In this document: in pieces, positions 10,513-21,337 of the stretch | How positions within the stretch are numbered: the first letter of the stretch is position 1 | Layout of the letters: each line of letters starts with the position of its first letter | Source: Bacteroidia bacterium | Lineage (GTDB): Bacteria > Bacteroidota > Bacteroidia > Bacteroidales > JAPLDU01 | Assembly (NCBI GenBank): GCA_026391255.1 | Contig: JAPLDU010000085.1 | Span: 11,376-75,375, forward strand | DNA: 64,000 nt | Direction of reading: 5' to 3' | Notes under the pieces: generated by a model | Told to the model about the DNA's origin: nothing | Database searches by the model: none | The model's input: the letters and a program-made list of their open reading frames with translations, nothing else | Translations under genes and position numbers: made by a program

Positions 10513-12927
10513 ATGAATATAAAGGTCAAAAGCTACATATTGCTTTTATTTTCAGTGTTTTTACTCACACATTCTTTTGTTTATTCACAAGTGGATGTTA
10601 CTAAAAAAGACAGTTCATCCTTCAATCCGGATCAGAAAATTGACATGGATCTGTTTAATCCGGGACTTATGAGTGCTGCTGTTTTGTCAGAGATGAACAA
10701 AGCAAGGCTTGATATGGGGCTTGATGAGTTGAAATCTGATGAAATGCTTACTGTTGCTTCAAAAGAGATTTGTACAATCATTTCAAAAAAAGACGAAGCT
10801 AAACTGATTGACCCGGATGAAACAGGAAGAGCAGTGATGAAAGCCGGAGGCACTAAAAATGCAGTGGAATTGCTGGCCCGGATGCCACTGAAAAAAAGCG
10901 CAGATATGCCAACATATCGTTCATTTGCCAATGGGATTATTACCAAATGGCAGGCCAGTGCAAAATCTGCCTCCGTATTAACAAGCGTCTCCTGCCTGAT
11001 AGCAGGAGTATCTACTATTATTGACGATAAGGGTAATAAGGTTTTTGTTGCAGCCATTCTCGGCAACTATAAGACCTATAACAAAGGAGTCGGTAAAATC
11101 AAAGAACTTCCGGAACCATTGAAACTTAAAATATACGGTGTTGGAAATTATGATGAAAAAGTATGTAAGAAGCTGGAATCCTGGAATAATCAGGATTTAC
11201 AGAAAAACCTGTTTGTAAAGGACAATATCATTTATTTTAAACATGATAACCTGAAAGAGCTGAAAAGACTCATCAGGCGTGATTCCAAAGATGGTTTTGC
11301 CGTTGACGTGATCCAGAAAGCCCAGTACCCATGTGACAGTGCCAACATCGTTGATAATAATCTTTTTATTAAAGGAATCATGACAAAACCGGTCTTTGCT
11401 AACCAGTTGTACGATAACAACCAGCTGGAAGGTAAAGAAGCAAAAACAAAACTAAAGGTTGAATTAGGCGAACTGCCTGACGGAATTGAGAAAAACTATG
11501 AGCTTAACCTGATACTTATCAAAGATAATATTTTCTGCCGCAATATGCCACAGCCATTTTTATTTAATGCGGGTATTAAAGCAACACATGAAATTGAAAA
11601 ACTTAATGACACTGTCACTGTAAAAACAACCTCTGAATATATTCCAAAAGCTAAATCGGAAGAGTTTTTATTTCGTATCAACTTCAAGCAAAACAAACTG
11701 GTATATACAGGAGATGATTTCCAGCCCCACCTCGATTCTCTTAAAGTGCCTGATTACGTAATAAATGAACTGGATATTGTTGCATATTCATCCATTGAGG
11801 CATCCGAGACAAAAAATATGATAACACAACACAAAAGGGCCGAAAGCATCATGGATATTTTCAAAAAATTACAGACAGAACCTTTTGAAAATGACATTCT
11901 CACTACGAACAGTTGGAACCTGTTTAAAATAGACGTGATCGGAACGGAATATGCCTATCTGGCCACCATATCACTGAAAGATGCACAGAAGAATATAAAG
12001 GATAACAAGTTAGAATCAAAACTGGAACCAATTTTCGAAAAGGAAAGGTTTGCCCAGGTGGAAATGAAAGTTACTTTTGATCTGCGTGGCGATAAAGAAC
12101 AGGGATATGTATTATGGGAATTCAATAATGCGGTCAAGAAACAGGATCTGCCCCTCGCCTTCTCAATCCAGAAATATATAATGAAAAAAGTGCTGGCAAA
12201 AAAATACGACGAAAAAGCAGTCACCACTGAAAAAATACCAATTGATGCAAAATATGTGAGTTTACTTATGAATAAACTCTGGATGCAGGCTCATCTAAAC
12301 CTGATTAAGGAAGATGAATACGGGAAACAGATCAATAAATTATACCAGCTCGATCCTTTAAATATTTACATATCATTCAATCAGTTACTTTATGATGTAA
12401 AATCCGGCCCTCTGGGTGATGATGTCAAAATATACAAGAATCAGACACGACTTGATAAATTATATGTTACTCCGATCAGCAAAGAAAGCCTTGATAACCT
12501 GAATCTTGATTATCAGTTCAGGATTGTGACCGCGCTGGATACTCTGACTGCTCCTTCACAGACTCTCACCGAAAGTCTCAACCGCATTAAAGCAATAGTG
12601 AAGCTGAATGCCAGCGATTGGAAAAATTCTCTGCAGCTGGCTTATACCTTTATGAATCATCACGATTATGAATTCGCTCTTAAATTACTGGAAGTTTTTG
12701 TTGACGATAAAAATGTGAATGAAGAATTGCTGTTTACCTATATATCGCTTTGCAGCTACTCATCTGAAATTCAAATGACCAACAAGTTTGTAAGGGCGAT
12801 GAAGAAGGCAGATGAACTAGATCACAAGCGGTACTGCAGCTTGTTCGACGGCAAGCATTTCACGGTACAGGTATTTGAAAATCCGCTGGTAAAAGAAACA
12901 TACTGTAAATCCTGCGGCAAGAAATAA
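10513..12927 (+). CDS. Large exported protein with N-terminal CAP/SCP-like domain
   Basis: Signal peptide; VLSEMNKARLDMGLDELKSDEML resembles a CAP first helix; remainder unassigned, TPR-like C-terminus. Confidence 0.7.
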   Translation: MNIKVKSYILLLFSVFLLTHSFVYSQVDVTKKDSSSFNPDQKIDMDLFNPGLMSAAVLSEMNKARLDMGLDELKSDEMLTVASKEICTIISKKDEAKLIDPDETGRAVMKAGGTKNAVELLARMPLKKSADMPTYRSFANGIITKWQASAKSASVLTSVSCLIAGVSTIIDDKGNKVFVAAILGNYKTYNKGVGKIKELPEPLKLKIYGVGNYDEKVCKKLESWNNQDLQKNLFVKDNIIYFKHDNLKELKRLIRRDSKDGFAVDVIQKAQYPCDSANIVDNNLFIKGIMTKPVFANQLYDNNQLEGKEAKTKLKVELGELPDGIEKNYELNLILIKDNIFCRNMPQPFLFNAGIKATHEIEKLNDTVTVKTTSEYIPKAKSEEFLFRINFKQNKLVYTGDDFQPHLDSLKVPDYVINELDIVAYSSIEASETKNMITQHKRAESIMDIFKKLQTEPFENDILTTNSWNLFKIDVIGTEYAYLATISLKDAQKNIKDNKLESKLEPIFEKERFAQVEMKVTFDLRGDKEQGYVLWEFNNAVKKQDLPLAFSIQKYIMKKVLAKKYDEKAVTTEKIPIDAKYVSLLMNKLWMQAHLNLIKEDEYGKQINKLYQLDPLNIYISFNQLLYDVKSGPLGDDVKIYKNQTRLDKLYVTPISKESLDNLNLDYQFRIVTALDTLTAPSQTLTESLNRIKAIVKLNASDWKNSLQLAYTFMNHHDYEFALKLLEVFVDDKNVNEELLFTYISLCSYSSEIQMTNKFVRAMKKADELDHKRYCSLFDGKHFTVQVFENPLVKETYCKSCGKK

Positions 12928-12944
12928 GCAGGCATTAACGAATC

Positions 12945-13508
12945 CTACTTGTTATTATAAAAATTCATGGTTCTTTCGGTGCCAATGGTGACGAAGCTTT
13001 TTACGGCTTCAATGACCATATTTAATCTTTCAGGCAAAAGTTTTTTTTCTTCGGTGGTCCATTTACCCAGAACATAATCAATCTGTTGCCCTGTTGAAAA
13101 TTCATTTCCAATTCCGAATCTCAGCCTTGTATAATTTTGGTGACCAAGTGTATCATTAATATGTTTCAATCCATTATGACCACCGTCGCTGCCTTTGATC
13201 CTGATCCTGATGGTTCCTGTGGGAAGCGCGATATCATCCACAATCACGAGCATTTGTTCTATAGGAATATTTTCCTTTTGCAGCCAGTAGTTAATTGCCT
13301 TACCACTCAGATTCATATACGTAGTGGGTTTAATAAGTACCAACTGTCTGCCTTTGAACTTCATCTCTGTTCGATATGCATAGCGTTCATGGGTAAAAAC
13401 AGAATTGGACGCCCCGGCGAGAGCGTCCAACACGATAAATCCTATGTTATGCCTGGTATCACGGTATTCTTCACCAATATTACCCAGGCCGGCTATCAGA
13501 TACTTCAA
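12945..13508 (-). CDS. pth: Peptidyl-tRNA hydrolase
   Basis: GLGNIG..Y..TRHNIGF, KPTTYMNLSG, GGHNGLK. Confidence 0.98.
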   Translation of the reverse strand: MKYLIAGLGNIGEEYRDTRHNIGFIVLDALAGASNSVFTHERYAYRTEMKFKGRQLVLIKPTTYMNLSGKAINYWLQKENIPIEQMLVIVDDIALPTGTIRIRIKGSDGGHNGLKHINDTLGHQNYTRLRFGIGNEFSTGQQIDYVLGKWTTEEKKLLPERLNMVIEAVKSFVTIGTERTMNFYNNK

Positions 13509-13526
13509 TTCAAAACAAGCTAATCA

Positions 13527-14147
13527 TTATTTTTTTACAGGTTCTTCACTTACGACAGGTGCAACAACCACCGGTGCTTCAGCAACTTCCACCTCCTTGG
13601 CAGCTCGTGTTATCTTCACAGAAACAACTACCACGTTCTTTTGCTCAGTGAGTTCAACATTTGGAATATGAATATCACCTATTCTGATGTTTTGCCCCAC
13701 TCCCAATTCTGTAACATCAAGATCAATATGGTCGGGCAGATGTTTAAGCAATGCTTTTACTTTGAGCTTGCGGTGTTCGAGGTGTAATTTTCCTCCAGCC
13801 CTGACACCTTCAGCAAATCCATTAACATGAACGGGTACACCAATATTTACTTTCTTTTCATCATGTATAAGAAAAAAATCGCTATGCAGGATTTTATCAG
13901 TTACCGGATGAAACTGAATATCCTTTAAAAGAGCATTGTACGATTTACCACCTACATTAATTCTCACAGTACATACTTCATGACTGTAAACCAGCGGAAG
14001 AAACTGGTTTTCATGTGCCGAAAAATGCAGATTTTCTGATCCTTCTCCATACAATACACATGGAACTGATAATTCTTTTCTTTCCTTTTTTGATCCTTTT
14101 TTTCCCAGTGCCGGTCGAACAACACCATTGATCTCAATTGATTTCAT
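13527..14147 (-). CDS. rplY: 50S ribosomal protein L25/Ctc
   Basis: VPCVLYG, DIQFHPVTDKILHSDF; prs-rplY-pth synteny. Confidence 0.97.
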   Translation of the reverse strand: MKSIEINGVVRPALGKKGSKKERKELSVPCVLYGEGSENLHFSAHENQFLPLVYSHEVCTVRINVGGKSYNALLKDIQFHPVTDKILHSDFFLIHDEKKVNIGVPVHVNGFAEGVRAGGKLHLEHRKLKVKALLKHLPDHIDLDVTELGVGQNIRIGDIHIPNVELTEQKNVVVVSVKITRAAKEVEVAEAPVVVAPVVSEEPVKK

Positions 14148-14289
14148 TGTTTTACATTTTTGTGCTACTCAAAGAAAATGACATGATCCTGATAATTAAC
14201 ATATTCATTATCTTCCCATTACACGTTAATACTTATTTTTAAAACGAGGTGCAAATATAAGGAAAAAGGAATACCAAAAAACATTAATT

Positions 14290-14504
14290 TGTGTTTGTCT
14301 TTAAAGTCATTCTTTTTGATTTTAGAACAAGGATCAACGATTTATGATTTATGAAGTAAATGTAATCATCTGATTTAATGATAACATCAAAAATCAAAAA
14401 TCGTTAACTTAGCGAAGCGATTTCACGAACACCTTAAAAAATAAAAAAAAGTTGTGAGTAATCGATATTCGTTAATCAAAATATTGAATATTATGGACAG
14501 ACTG
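14290..14504. mobile_element. MITE-like family B copy (GTCTGT-type ends, AAATCGTTAATC core) carrying a micro-insertion
   Basis: Similar to 20346-20486, 53440-53601 and 55148-55661. Confidence 0.65.
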
Positions 14505-14505
14505 A

Positions 14506-15447
14506 TTAAATAATAAAATTGGAGCTGATAGATTCACAATTAGTAATTTTAATAATGACATCGGCAAATACCGGTGCAATGGAAAGTACAGTGATTTTAT
14601 CACTATGGCCTTTCAATGGAACTGAATCGGTAATGATCACCTCGTCGAGAGGAGAATTGTCAATATTTTTGTATGCATCTCCGGAAAGAACTGCATGAGT
14701 TGCTATTGCCCTGATGCTTTTTGCTCCTTTTGCCTTAATAATTTCGGCTGCAAGTTTCAGAGTGCCTGCTGTATCAATCATGTCATCGAGTATGATCACA
14801 TTTTTTCCTGAAACTTCACCGATCAGCGCCATTTCTTCTACTTTATTCACTTCCTTTCTTACTTTATGGCCAATAACAAGCCCCGATTTTAGGGCTTTTG
14901 CATAAGCATTGGCCCGCTTGGTACCTCCCATGTCAGGAGCAGCAATTACCAGGTTGTCAAGATTTAAACTCACAATGAAAGGAATGAAAAGAGAAGAGGC
15001 ATACAAATGATCAACAGGTACATCAAAAAACCCCTGGATTTGATCGGCATGCAGGTCAAGTGTAATAACACGTGAAACACCTGCAGTTACAAGCAGGTTG
15101 GCAACCAGTTTTGAACCAATCGAGCAACGGGGTTTATCCTTGCGGTCCTGACGGGCAAAGCCGAAATATGGAATAACGGCTATGATTTTATAGGCAGATG
15201 CACGCCTTGCAGCATCAATCATCAGCAAAAGCTCCATCAGGTTATCCGCAGGTGGAATGGTTGACTGAATGATGAAAACATGGGCTCCCCTTACGGTTTC
15301 CTCGTAGGAAGGTTCAAATTCACCATCACTGAATTGTCTGAGATCAACCTTGCCAAGCGATGTGCCGGAATGTCTGGCAACTTCATTTGCAAAATCCATT
15401 GAGGCACTGCCCGAAAAGATCTTTATCGAATCAGAATGTGTTATCAT
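14506..15447 (-). CDS. prs: Ribose-phosphate pyrophosphokinase
   Basis: FSDGE, PYFGFARQDRK, LDDMIDTAGT. Confidence 0.98.
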   Translation of the reverse strand: MITHSDSIKIFSGSASMDFANEVARHSGTSLGKVDLRQFSDGEFEPSYEETVRGAHVFIIQSTIPPADNLMELLLMIDAARRASAYKIIAVIPYFGFARQDRKDKPRCSIGSKLVANLLVTAGVSRVITLDLHADQIQGFFDVPVDHLYASSLFIPFIVSLNLDNLVIAAPDMGGTKRANAYAKALKSGLVIGHKVRKEVNKVEEMALIGEVSGKNVIILDDMIDTAGTLKLAAEIIKAKGAKSIRAIATHAVLSGDAYKNIDNSPLDEVIITDSVPLKGHSDKITVLSIAPVFADVIIKITNCESISSNFII

Positions 15448-15632
15448 GATCAGCCTGTTTTGGTCATGCAAAAATAATCCAAAAATCATCTTCCCTTAAC
15501 ATAAACCGGAATAAGTTATTGAAAGTTATCAAATAATTAATGAAGGATAAATTATTTTTGAACAAATACCCGGTATTTTTTGTAGTAATATTGAAATTTA
15601 TACGATTGTTTAACCATTAATAATTAAAAAAT

Positions 15633-16208
15633 ATGGCATTCGAATTACCCAAATTACCGTATTCGCTCGAGGCTCTGCAGCCTCATATCAGCAAAAGCAC
15701 GCTTGAATTCCATTACGGAAAACATCATCAGGCGTATGTGAATAACCTGAACAACCTTGTTCCGGGAACAAAATTTGAAAATGCATCCCTGGAAACCATC
15801 GTGATGGATGCCGATGGAGGTATTTTTAACAATGGTGCGCAGATATGGAACCATACTTTTTATTTTACCAGTTTCTCCCCGAATGGTGGCGGTGATCCAA
15901 AGGGTGTATTACTTGAAGCCATCCTGAAGGATTTTGGTTCAGTGGCTGAATTCAGGGAAAAATTTTCCAAAGCAGCCACTACCCTGTTTGGTTCAGGTTG
16001 GGCCTGGCTGGTAAAAAATAAGGAAGGAAAACTGGAAATCATCCAGGAAAGCAATGCCGGTAACCCCCTGCGGGCAGGCAAATCACCCATCCTTACCTGC
16101 GATGTGTGGGAACATGCTTATTACCTCGATTACCAGAACCGCAGGCCCGATTATATCCAGTCATTCTGGAACGTTGTCGACTGGAATATCGTTGGCAAAA
16201 GGATTTAA
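15633..16208 (+). CDS. sodB: Superoxide dismutase (Fe-type signature)
   Basis: HYGKHH, GAQIWNH, SNAG, DVWEHAYY; metal specificity inferred from motif only. Confidence 0.9.
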   Translation: MAFELPKLPYSLEALQPHISKSTLEFHYGKHHQAYVNNLNNLVPGTKFENASLETIVMDADGGIFNNGAQIWNHTFYFTSFSPNGGGDPKGVLLEAILKDFGSVAEFREKFSKAATTLFGSGWAWLVKNKEGKLEIIQESNAGNPLRAGKSPILTCDVWEHAYYLDYQNRRPDYIQSFWNVVDWNIVGKRI

Positions 16209-16348
16209 TGTCCTGTTGCGGATCAGGATTGAAAGTGTATTACGGAACTGAATTAATTTGAAAATTTGATCCGCCTGAGGCGGATTAAATCTGTTTCACG
16301 GGAATAAAATTAGCGACAACATATTGGTAAGTTTGCTTTCTTAAGTAC

Positions 16349-19336
16349 CTAATAAGTCTTTATTACCTCAGTGAAAAATGAACCTGTTGTTCCGGTAACT
16401 TTTACAAAATAAACTCCGTTTTCAAAGCCGGTAAGATTGATAAGAATTTCTTTCAGTCCTGCCGGCTTTGTTTCATATATCATCTGCCCGAAAATGTCTG
16501 TGACAATAATGCTTTCCACATTGTCCGGATTGTTTTCAATTTCAAAATGAATAATACCATTTGTCGGGTTTGGAAATACCTTGTATTTCAATCCTGTAAA
16601 TTCCGCTATGGAATTGGTATCAATCATTGTTGAAAACGACCAGCCTGTGCTCCATCCGCTGGCAAGGACAGTATCGGATGTCGCTTTTACTCTCCAGTAA
16701 TAAGTATGGAAATAATTCAATGAACTGATCAGGTATTGTGATACAGGAGTAGTCTGAACGACTAAATTGCTGGTAAAATCAAAATCGGTGGCATACTCCA
16801 CCTGGTAGCCCGTAGCCAGTGCTACATCATTCCAATCAAGCAAAATATTGGTAACCGGGATATTTATCGAAAAATCAGCAGGGCTGAGTAATACCGGCAC
16901 GTTCAGGTCATTCTCTGTTGTGAACGACCACACCAGGCTCCAGTCACTGTTGATCATGCCAGTGTTCACAGCTTTCACCCTCCAGTAATAGATACTGTTG
17001 ATACTAAGATTGGAAATAGTTACCTGCGAAGTTACAGGTGTCAGTGTGGTCAGGTTGAACATGAAATTATCAAAAGTTGAATATTCAACAACGTAATATG
17101 TGGCAAAACTTACATCTTCCCAGTCAAGAGTAGTGGCATTAATTGACATATCAACACTCAGGTCAGCCGGACTTGTCAGGATGGGAGTTGCAAGTTGCTG
17201 TAATTCGGTGGTGAAATAGTAAGTATCTGACCATAGGGACGCAAGCAAGCCATCAAACGACCTGACCTTCCAGTAATAGGTTTTATGATAATCCAATCCT
17301 GTTAAAGTTGCAAAGGTATCGGTGGTATATGTTTCAGAAGGATAATCGAAATCGGGATTGTCAGCAATCTGGTAAAAATAACCTGATACACCCGGGACTG
17401 CAGTCCACACCAAAGTAGCATTTACTGACACACTGATCTCGGCAAGCAAGGGATGAACCAGTGATGGTGCCACCGGTAAGTTCGGGGGAACGGAACCAGT
17501 ACTGAACCATCTTTCATCCCACAAGCTTGTGTCAACCTGGTTGATGATCTTCACACGCCAGAAGTAAATTGTATTTGATTGGAGCAATCCTGTGTGATAC
17601 TCAGTATCAGGGTTGCCCGGGCTGGCGTTGATATACTGGACAGATTGCTCCACCAGCGCCGGGGAATTGAATGCATTTGAAACATCCATTTGCATGGTAT
17701 ACATCATGGCGCCAGGATGCGATAACCAGTCGAGGATCACACCTGTATCCGGTTGATTCAATGCACCATCGGCAGGACTGAGCAATCCGATCTGGTCCCA
17801 GGTATAAAACAATGAAGGAGCGCTCCAGACGGATGTATCCGTACTGTTCATTGCCCTTACACGCCAGTAGTAAGCTTTTCCGAAAAAAAGATTATTTATA
17901 TAATATTTATTAGTATCAATAGAATTAACCTGGATAAATGCTGATGTGGTAAAACTGGCATTGGTATCAAGCTGGAGAGAATAAAAGCTGATTCCGGGCT
18001 GTGACTGCCAGATGAGGGTAGTCCCAGTATATGTCGTAGCCTGGTAAGTCGGGGATAAAAGAATTACATAGCCGTATGTCTGGAAATATCTTGTTTCCGA
18101 CCACAGGGAAGTATCTGCCTGATTCCTTGCCCTCACATGCCAGTAATAGGTTTTACCAAAGTAAAGATTATTAAAAGTCATTTTTGTATCATCGTTATCG
18201 TCCATCGCATTGATATAGATGGTATATCCGCTGATCAATGCAGGTGAGTTGAAACTGTTGACAGTATCAAGCTGGTAATCGTAGAAATCAACTCCGGCAT
18301 GAGCCAGCCAGTCAGTTACTGTTGATGTATATTCAAGAGAATTGTTTTGTGGCAGATTAAGACTGACAGTTGAAAATGTATTGAATATTCTGGTGATTCC
18401 CCACGAAGAAGTATCCACCTGGTTAATTGCCCTTACTCTCCAGAAATACTGGCTTCCGAAATACAGATTGTCAACAAATGCTTCGGTATCAGTAAGACTG
18501 TCGGCAAACATAATAAAAGCTTTCAAACCTGTTTTAAAGGCCGGGGAATTAAAATTTGATGTTGTATCCAGTTGGTATTGATAATATTGTATCCCGTCAA
18601 AAGCAAGCCAGTCAATAGTAACTCCTGTAAACACGGTGGCATTTTGAGCCGGTGATGACAGTTCCAGCTGGTTAAGAGTTGAGAAACTCCAGGTGGTCCA
18701 TTGGCTCGCATCAACATTATTCCTTGCCCTGACCCTCCAGTAATAGGTTTTCCCAAAAAACAGGCCGGAGATTTCCTGTTCGGTATCATAAAACATGTCA
18801 TATTCAGAAAAAGCTGTAGTAAACCCGCTGATCAGAACCGGCGAATTAAAGCTGCTGACAGTATCAATCTGATAGTCGTAATAGAAAACACCGGGGTGAG
18901 CATTCCAGTCAAGCTTTACTTTGGTATAATTCTGACTGTTCTGCGCAGGTGAAACCAGTGCAACATAATCGCGGGTAATAAAATCCCTGATGGCTGTCCA
19001 TGGGGAATATGCTCCGCTGCCATAGGCACGCAAACGCCAGTAATAGGTTTTCCCGAAATACAGATCGCTTATATATGCCCATGCATCACCATTTCCTGTA
19101 GCATCAATATAATTGATAATGGTATCAAACAAAACGACTGAAGAAAATCCGGGTACGGTATCTAACTGAAGTTCATAAAAAGTGGATGCCACTACCGGGT
19201 CCCAGGCAAAATGAACTACATTCCATGTGGTAATACCGGAATCCGGTTCAAGGATCACCGGGGTATTCCAGGCAAATGTGGTAATACCGAACAAGGAAAA
19301 CAAAAAGAGCAGTTCCATCCGTTTTTTGAAGTTCAT
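16349..19336 (-). CDS. T9SS-secreted protein with about 9 fibronectin type III-like repeats
   Basis: Repeated L.SP....W..Y.YQ.D....F.S...YYWRVRA; C-terminal VFPNPT...GVYFVKV type A CTD. Confidence 0.88.
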   Translation of the reverse strand: MNFKKRMELLFLFSLFGITTFAWNTPVILEPDSGITTWNVVHFAWDPVVASTFYELQLDTVPGFSSVVLFDTIINYIDATGNGDAWAYISDLYFGKTYYWRLRAYGSGAYSPWTAIRDFITRDYVALVSPAQNSQNYTKVKLDWNAHPGVFYYDYQIDTVSSFNSPVLISGFTTAFSEYDMFYDTEQEISGLFFGKTYYWRVRARNNVDASQWTTWSFSTLNQLELSSPAQNATVFTGVTIDWLAFDGIQYYQYQLDTTSNFNSPAFKTGLKAFIMFADSLTDTEAFVDNLYFGSQYFWRVRAINQVDTSSWGITRIFNTFSTVSLNLPQNNSLEYTSTVTDWLAHAGVDFYDYQLDTVNSFNSPALISGYTIYINAMDDNDDTKMTFNNLYFGKTYYWHVRARNQADTSLWSETRYFQTYGYVILLSPTYQATTYTGTTLIWQSQPGISFYSLQLDTNASFTTSAFIQVNSIDTNKYYINNLFFGKAYYWRVRAMNSTDTSVWSAPSLFYTWDQIGLLSPADGALNQPDTGVILDWLSHPGAMMYTMQMDVSNAFNSPALVEQSVQYINASPGNPDTEYHTGLLQSNTIYFWRVKIINQVDTSLWDERWFSTGSVPPNLPVAPSLVHPLLAEISVSVNATLVWTAVPGVSGYFYQIADNPDFDYPSETYTTDTFATLTGLDYHKTYYWKVRSFDGLLASLWSDTYYFTTELQQLATPILTSPADLSVDMSINATTLDWEDVSFATYYVVEYSTFDNFMFNLTTLTPVTSQVTISNLSINSIYYWRVKAVNTGMINSDWSLVWSFTTENDLNVPVLLSPADFSINIPVTNILLDWNDVALATGYQVEYATDFDFTSNLVVQTTPVSQYLISSLNYFHTYYWRVKATSDTVLASGWSTGWSFSTMIDTNSIAEFTGLKYKVFPNPTNGIIHFEIENNPDNVESIIVTDIFGQMIYETKPAGLKEILINLTGFENGVYFVKVTGTTGSFFTEVIKTY

Positions 19337-19394
19337 TATCATAGCAGATGATATTTATTGCAAAAATACGAATTCTTTCTTAACTTCTAAATCC

Positions 19395-19580
19395 TAACCC
19401 GGCCGAGCCAGTACCAAACAAGAAATCACAAATCTCAAAATACAAATAACAAATAAATATTAATCAACAAAATGACAAATTAAAAGAAGTTTATTTCGTA
19501 TTTGATATTTTGATATTGTTAATTATTTGTTTTTTGTGATTTGTTTTTTGGATTTTTTTGCCAAAACGCATTAAGATTCA
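19395..19580. repeat. Family C dispersed AT-rich hairpin repeat
   Basis: Near-identical to 44512-44697; partial inverted copy at 36730-36832. Confidence 0.8.
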
Positions 19581-19660
19581 AGAAAAAAGGCACTAATTGA
19601 TGATCAGGTAAACAATAGATTGTGAGAAAAGTTACTACTTTTGCCGGATAAATAACTCAG

Positions 19661-20326
19661 ATGCTGGCAAAAGACCTGATATCAGAAAATATTCCTGTTT
19701 TAAAACCATCCGACACCGGAGTCCATGCGCTTAGCCTGATGGATGTATTCAGGGTTTCGCATCTTCCAATTGTTAATGACAAAGAGTTCCTGGGTTTAAT
19801 ATCTGATACTGATATTGCAGAATTCAACAATGCCGGCGAAACCATCGGCAATCATAAATTATCTCTGTTAAGACCTTATGTGATGCACGACCAGCATATC
19901 TACGAGGTGATTGAAATATGTTCCCGCCTGAGATTGACGGTTGTACCTGTTCTTAACGGAAAAAATGAATTCATGGGTGTCATTACCCAGAACGGTCTGA
20001 TGTACCAGGTTGCCAACCTGATGGCAGTCAGTCATAAAGGTGGGATCATTGTCCTTGAACTCAATATGAATGATTACTCACTGACAGAAATAGCCAACAT
20101 TGTCGAGAGCAATGATGCCAAAATACTGAGCCTGTATATCAAATCACCTGCCGATTCAACAAAAATTGAGATTACGATCAAAACCAACAGAATTGATATG
20201 TCAGCACTGGTTCAGACGTTTGAAAGATATAACTACAATATTAAATACATGTTTCTTCATAACAGTGAGATCGATGTAATGTACAACGACCGGCTGGAGG
20301 AGTTTCTCAGGTACCTGGAGGTTTAA
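19661..20326 (+). CDS. CBS-domain protein (AcuB-like)
   Basis: Two CBS motifs plus ACT-like C-terminus; TACTTTTG promoter box upstream. Confidence 0.9.
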   Translation: MLAKDLISENIPVLKPSDTGVHALSLMDVFRVSHLPIVNDKEFLGLISDTDIAEFNNAGETIGNHKLSLLRPYVMHDQHIYEVIEICSRLRLTVVPVLNGKNEFMGVITQNGLMYQVANLMAVSHKGGIIVLELNMNDYSLTEIANIVESNDAKILSLYIKSPADSTKIEITIKTNRIDMSALVQTFERYNYNIKYMFLHNSEIDVMYNDRLEEFLRYLEV

Positions 20327-20345
20327 ATGAACAATTGAATTAGTT

Positions 20346-20486
20346 AAAGTCTGCCTTTAATGTTCAGAATTATGAATTCAGAATATCAATTAACGATTTT
20401 AGATTTTTGATGTGACTGATAATCTTAAATCTAAAATCGTTAATCCTTGTTCTTAAATCAATCCGATGACTTTAAAGAAAGACATT
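20346..20486. mobile_element. MITE-like family B copy (no micro-insertion)
   Basis: AAAGTCTGCCTTTAA ... TTTAAAGAAAGACAT; core AAATCGTTAATCCTTGTTC. Confidence 0.65.
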
Positions 20487-20558
20487 GATTAACGTAACGC
20501 CAGGATTATTTTGAAAGTTCTGTTTGTTTCAAAATTATCAACCGTTATTTCTATTTTT

Positions 20559-20711
20559 GTAAGTACTCAGGATTAGATTGTAGGCTATTAGGCTGTAAGC
20601 TATAAGAATACGTATCATGAAACAGAACAAATGGTGAAAACAGGAATATTAATTGAATTCATTTTTTCTAAAAGCCTGACAGTCTATAATCTAAACAACC
20701 TGAATAGTTAC
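20559..20711. mobile_element. MITE-like element with GTAA(C/G)TA(T/C)TCAGG terminal inverted repeats
   Basis: GTAAGTACTCAGG ... CCTGAATAGTTAC (11/13) plus inner inverted arms. Confidence 0.65.
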
Positions 20712-20784
20712 AATTAATTTTGTGTCAAAGTTATGAGTTTTTCAAATCACTTTTAAAATATCGGTTACTAATTTTCAAAATGGG

Positions 20785-21305
20785 TACTAAGGCCCCGGGA
20801 CTTTAGTAGTAGCGAATTGACACTACTATTCATGGTTCTTCCGGATAATGCTTAGGTATTGATAAAAAAGACTCTTTCAGAAAATGCGTTTTTTAGTCCC
20901 GTCAGGGACGACATATCGGTAGAAATGTATCTATTTAAATGTCAAGTGCCGTAGGTACGATATATTTTTCAATCATTTCCTTGAAATAACATGAATCTGA
21001 ATTGATTGGATGTACATTACATTTTCAATATTTCGTTCCTGACGGAACTTTAATTTTGATGATGGTCATTGATTTCTACCGATATTATGTCCCTCCGGGA
21101 CAATACTTGTTTGTAAAGTTGTTCAATATTTCGAATACGTCAACTAATAATGAATATTCTTTGGATCACCCCTCTTATTAACTTACTTATTCACCCACGC
21201 ATTTACCGGAAGAACTCTATTTATTTTAGCCAATGGAATCTTTATCAAATTTACGAATGATTTTGTCATAATGTTCACTGCTATTGCTTTTAACACATGT
21301 TAGAA
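20785..21305 (-). repeat. attC-like site 4 (distal), interrupted by a MITE
   Basis: Right arm CTGCTATTGCTTTTAACACATGTTAGAA; degenerate left arm TACTAAG..AGTAGTAGCG; about 130 bp after removing the MITE. Confidence 0.55.
20834..21216. mobile_element. 383-bp MITE with 18-bp TIR, 8-bp TSD and REPIN-like cargo
   Basis: GGTTCTTCCGGATAATGC ... GCATTTACCGGAAGAACT (15/18); flanks CTATTCAT/CTATTTAT; internal GTCCCGTCAGGGAC-type REP doublets. Confidence 0.8.
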
Positions 21306-21337
21306 CCAGTGCCCGAAATATACTTTGACCAACAATT

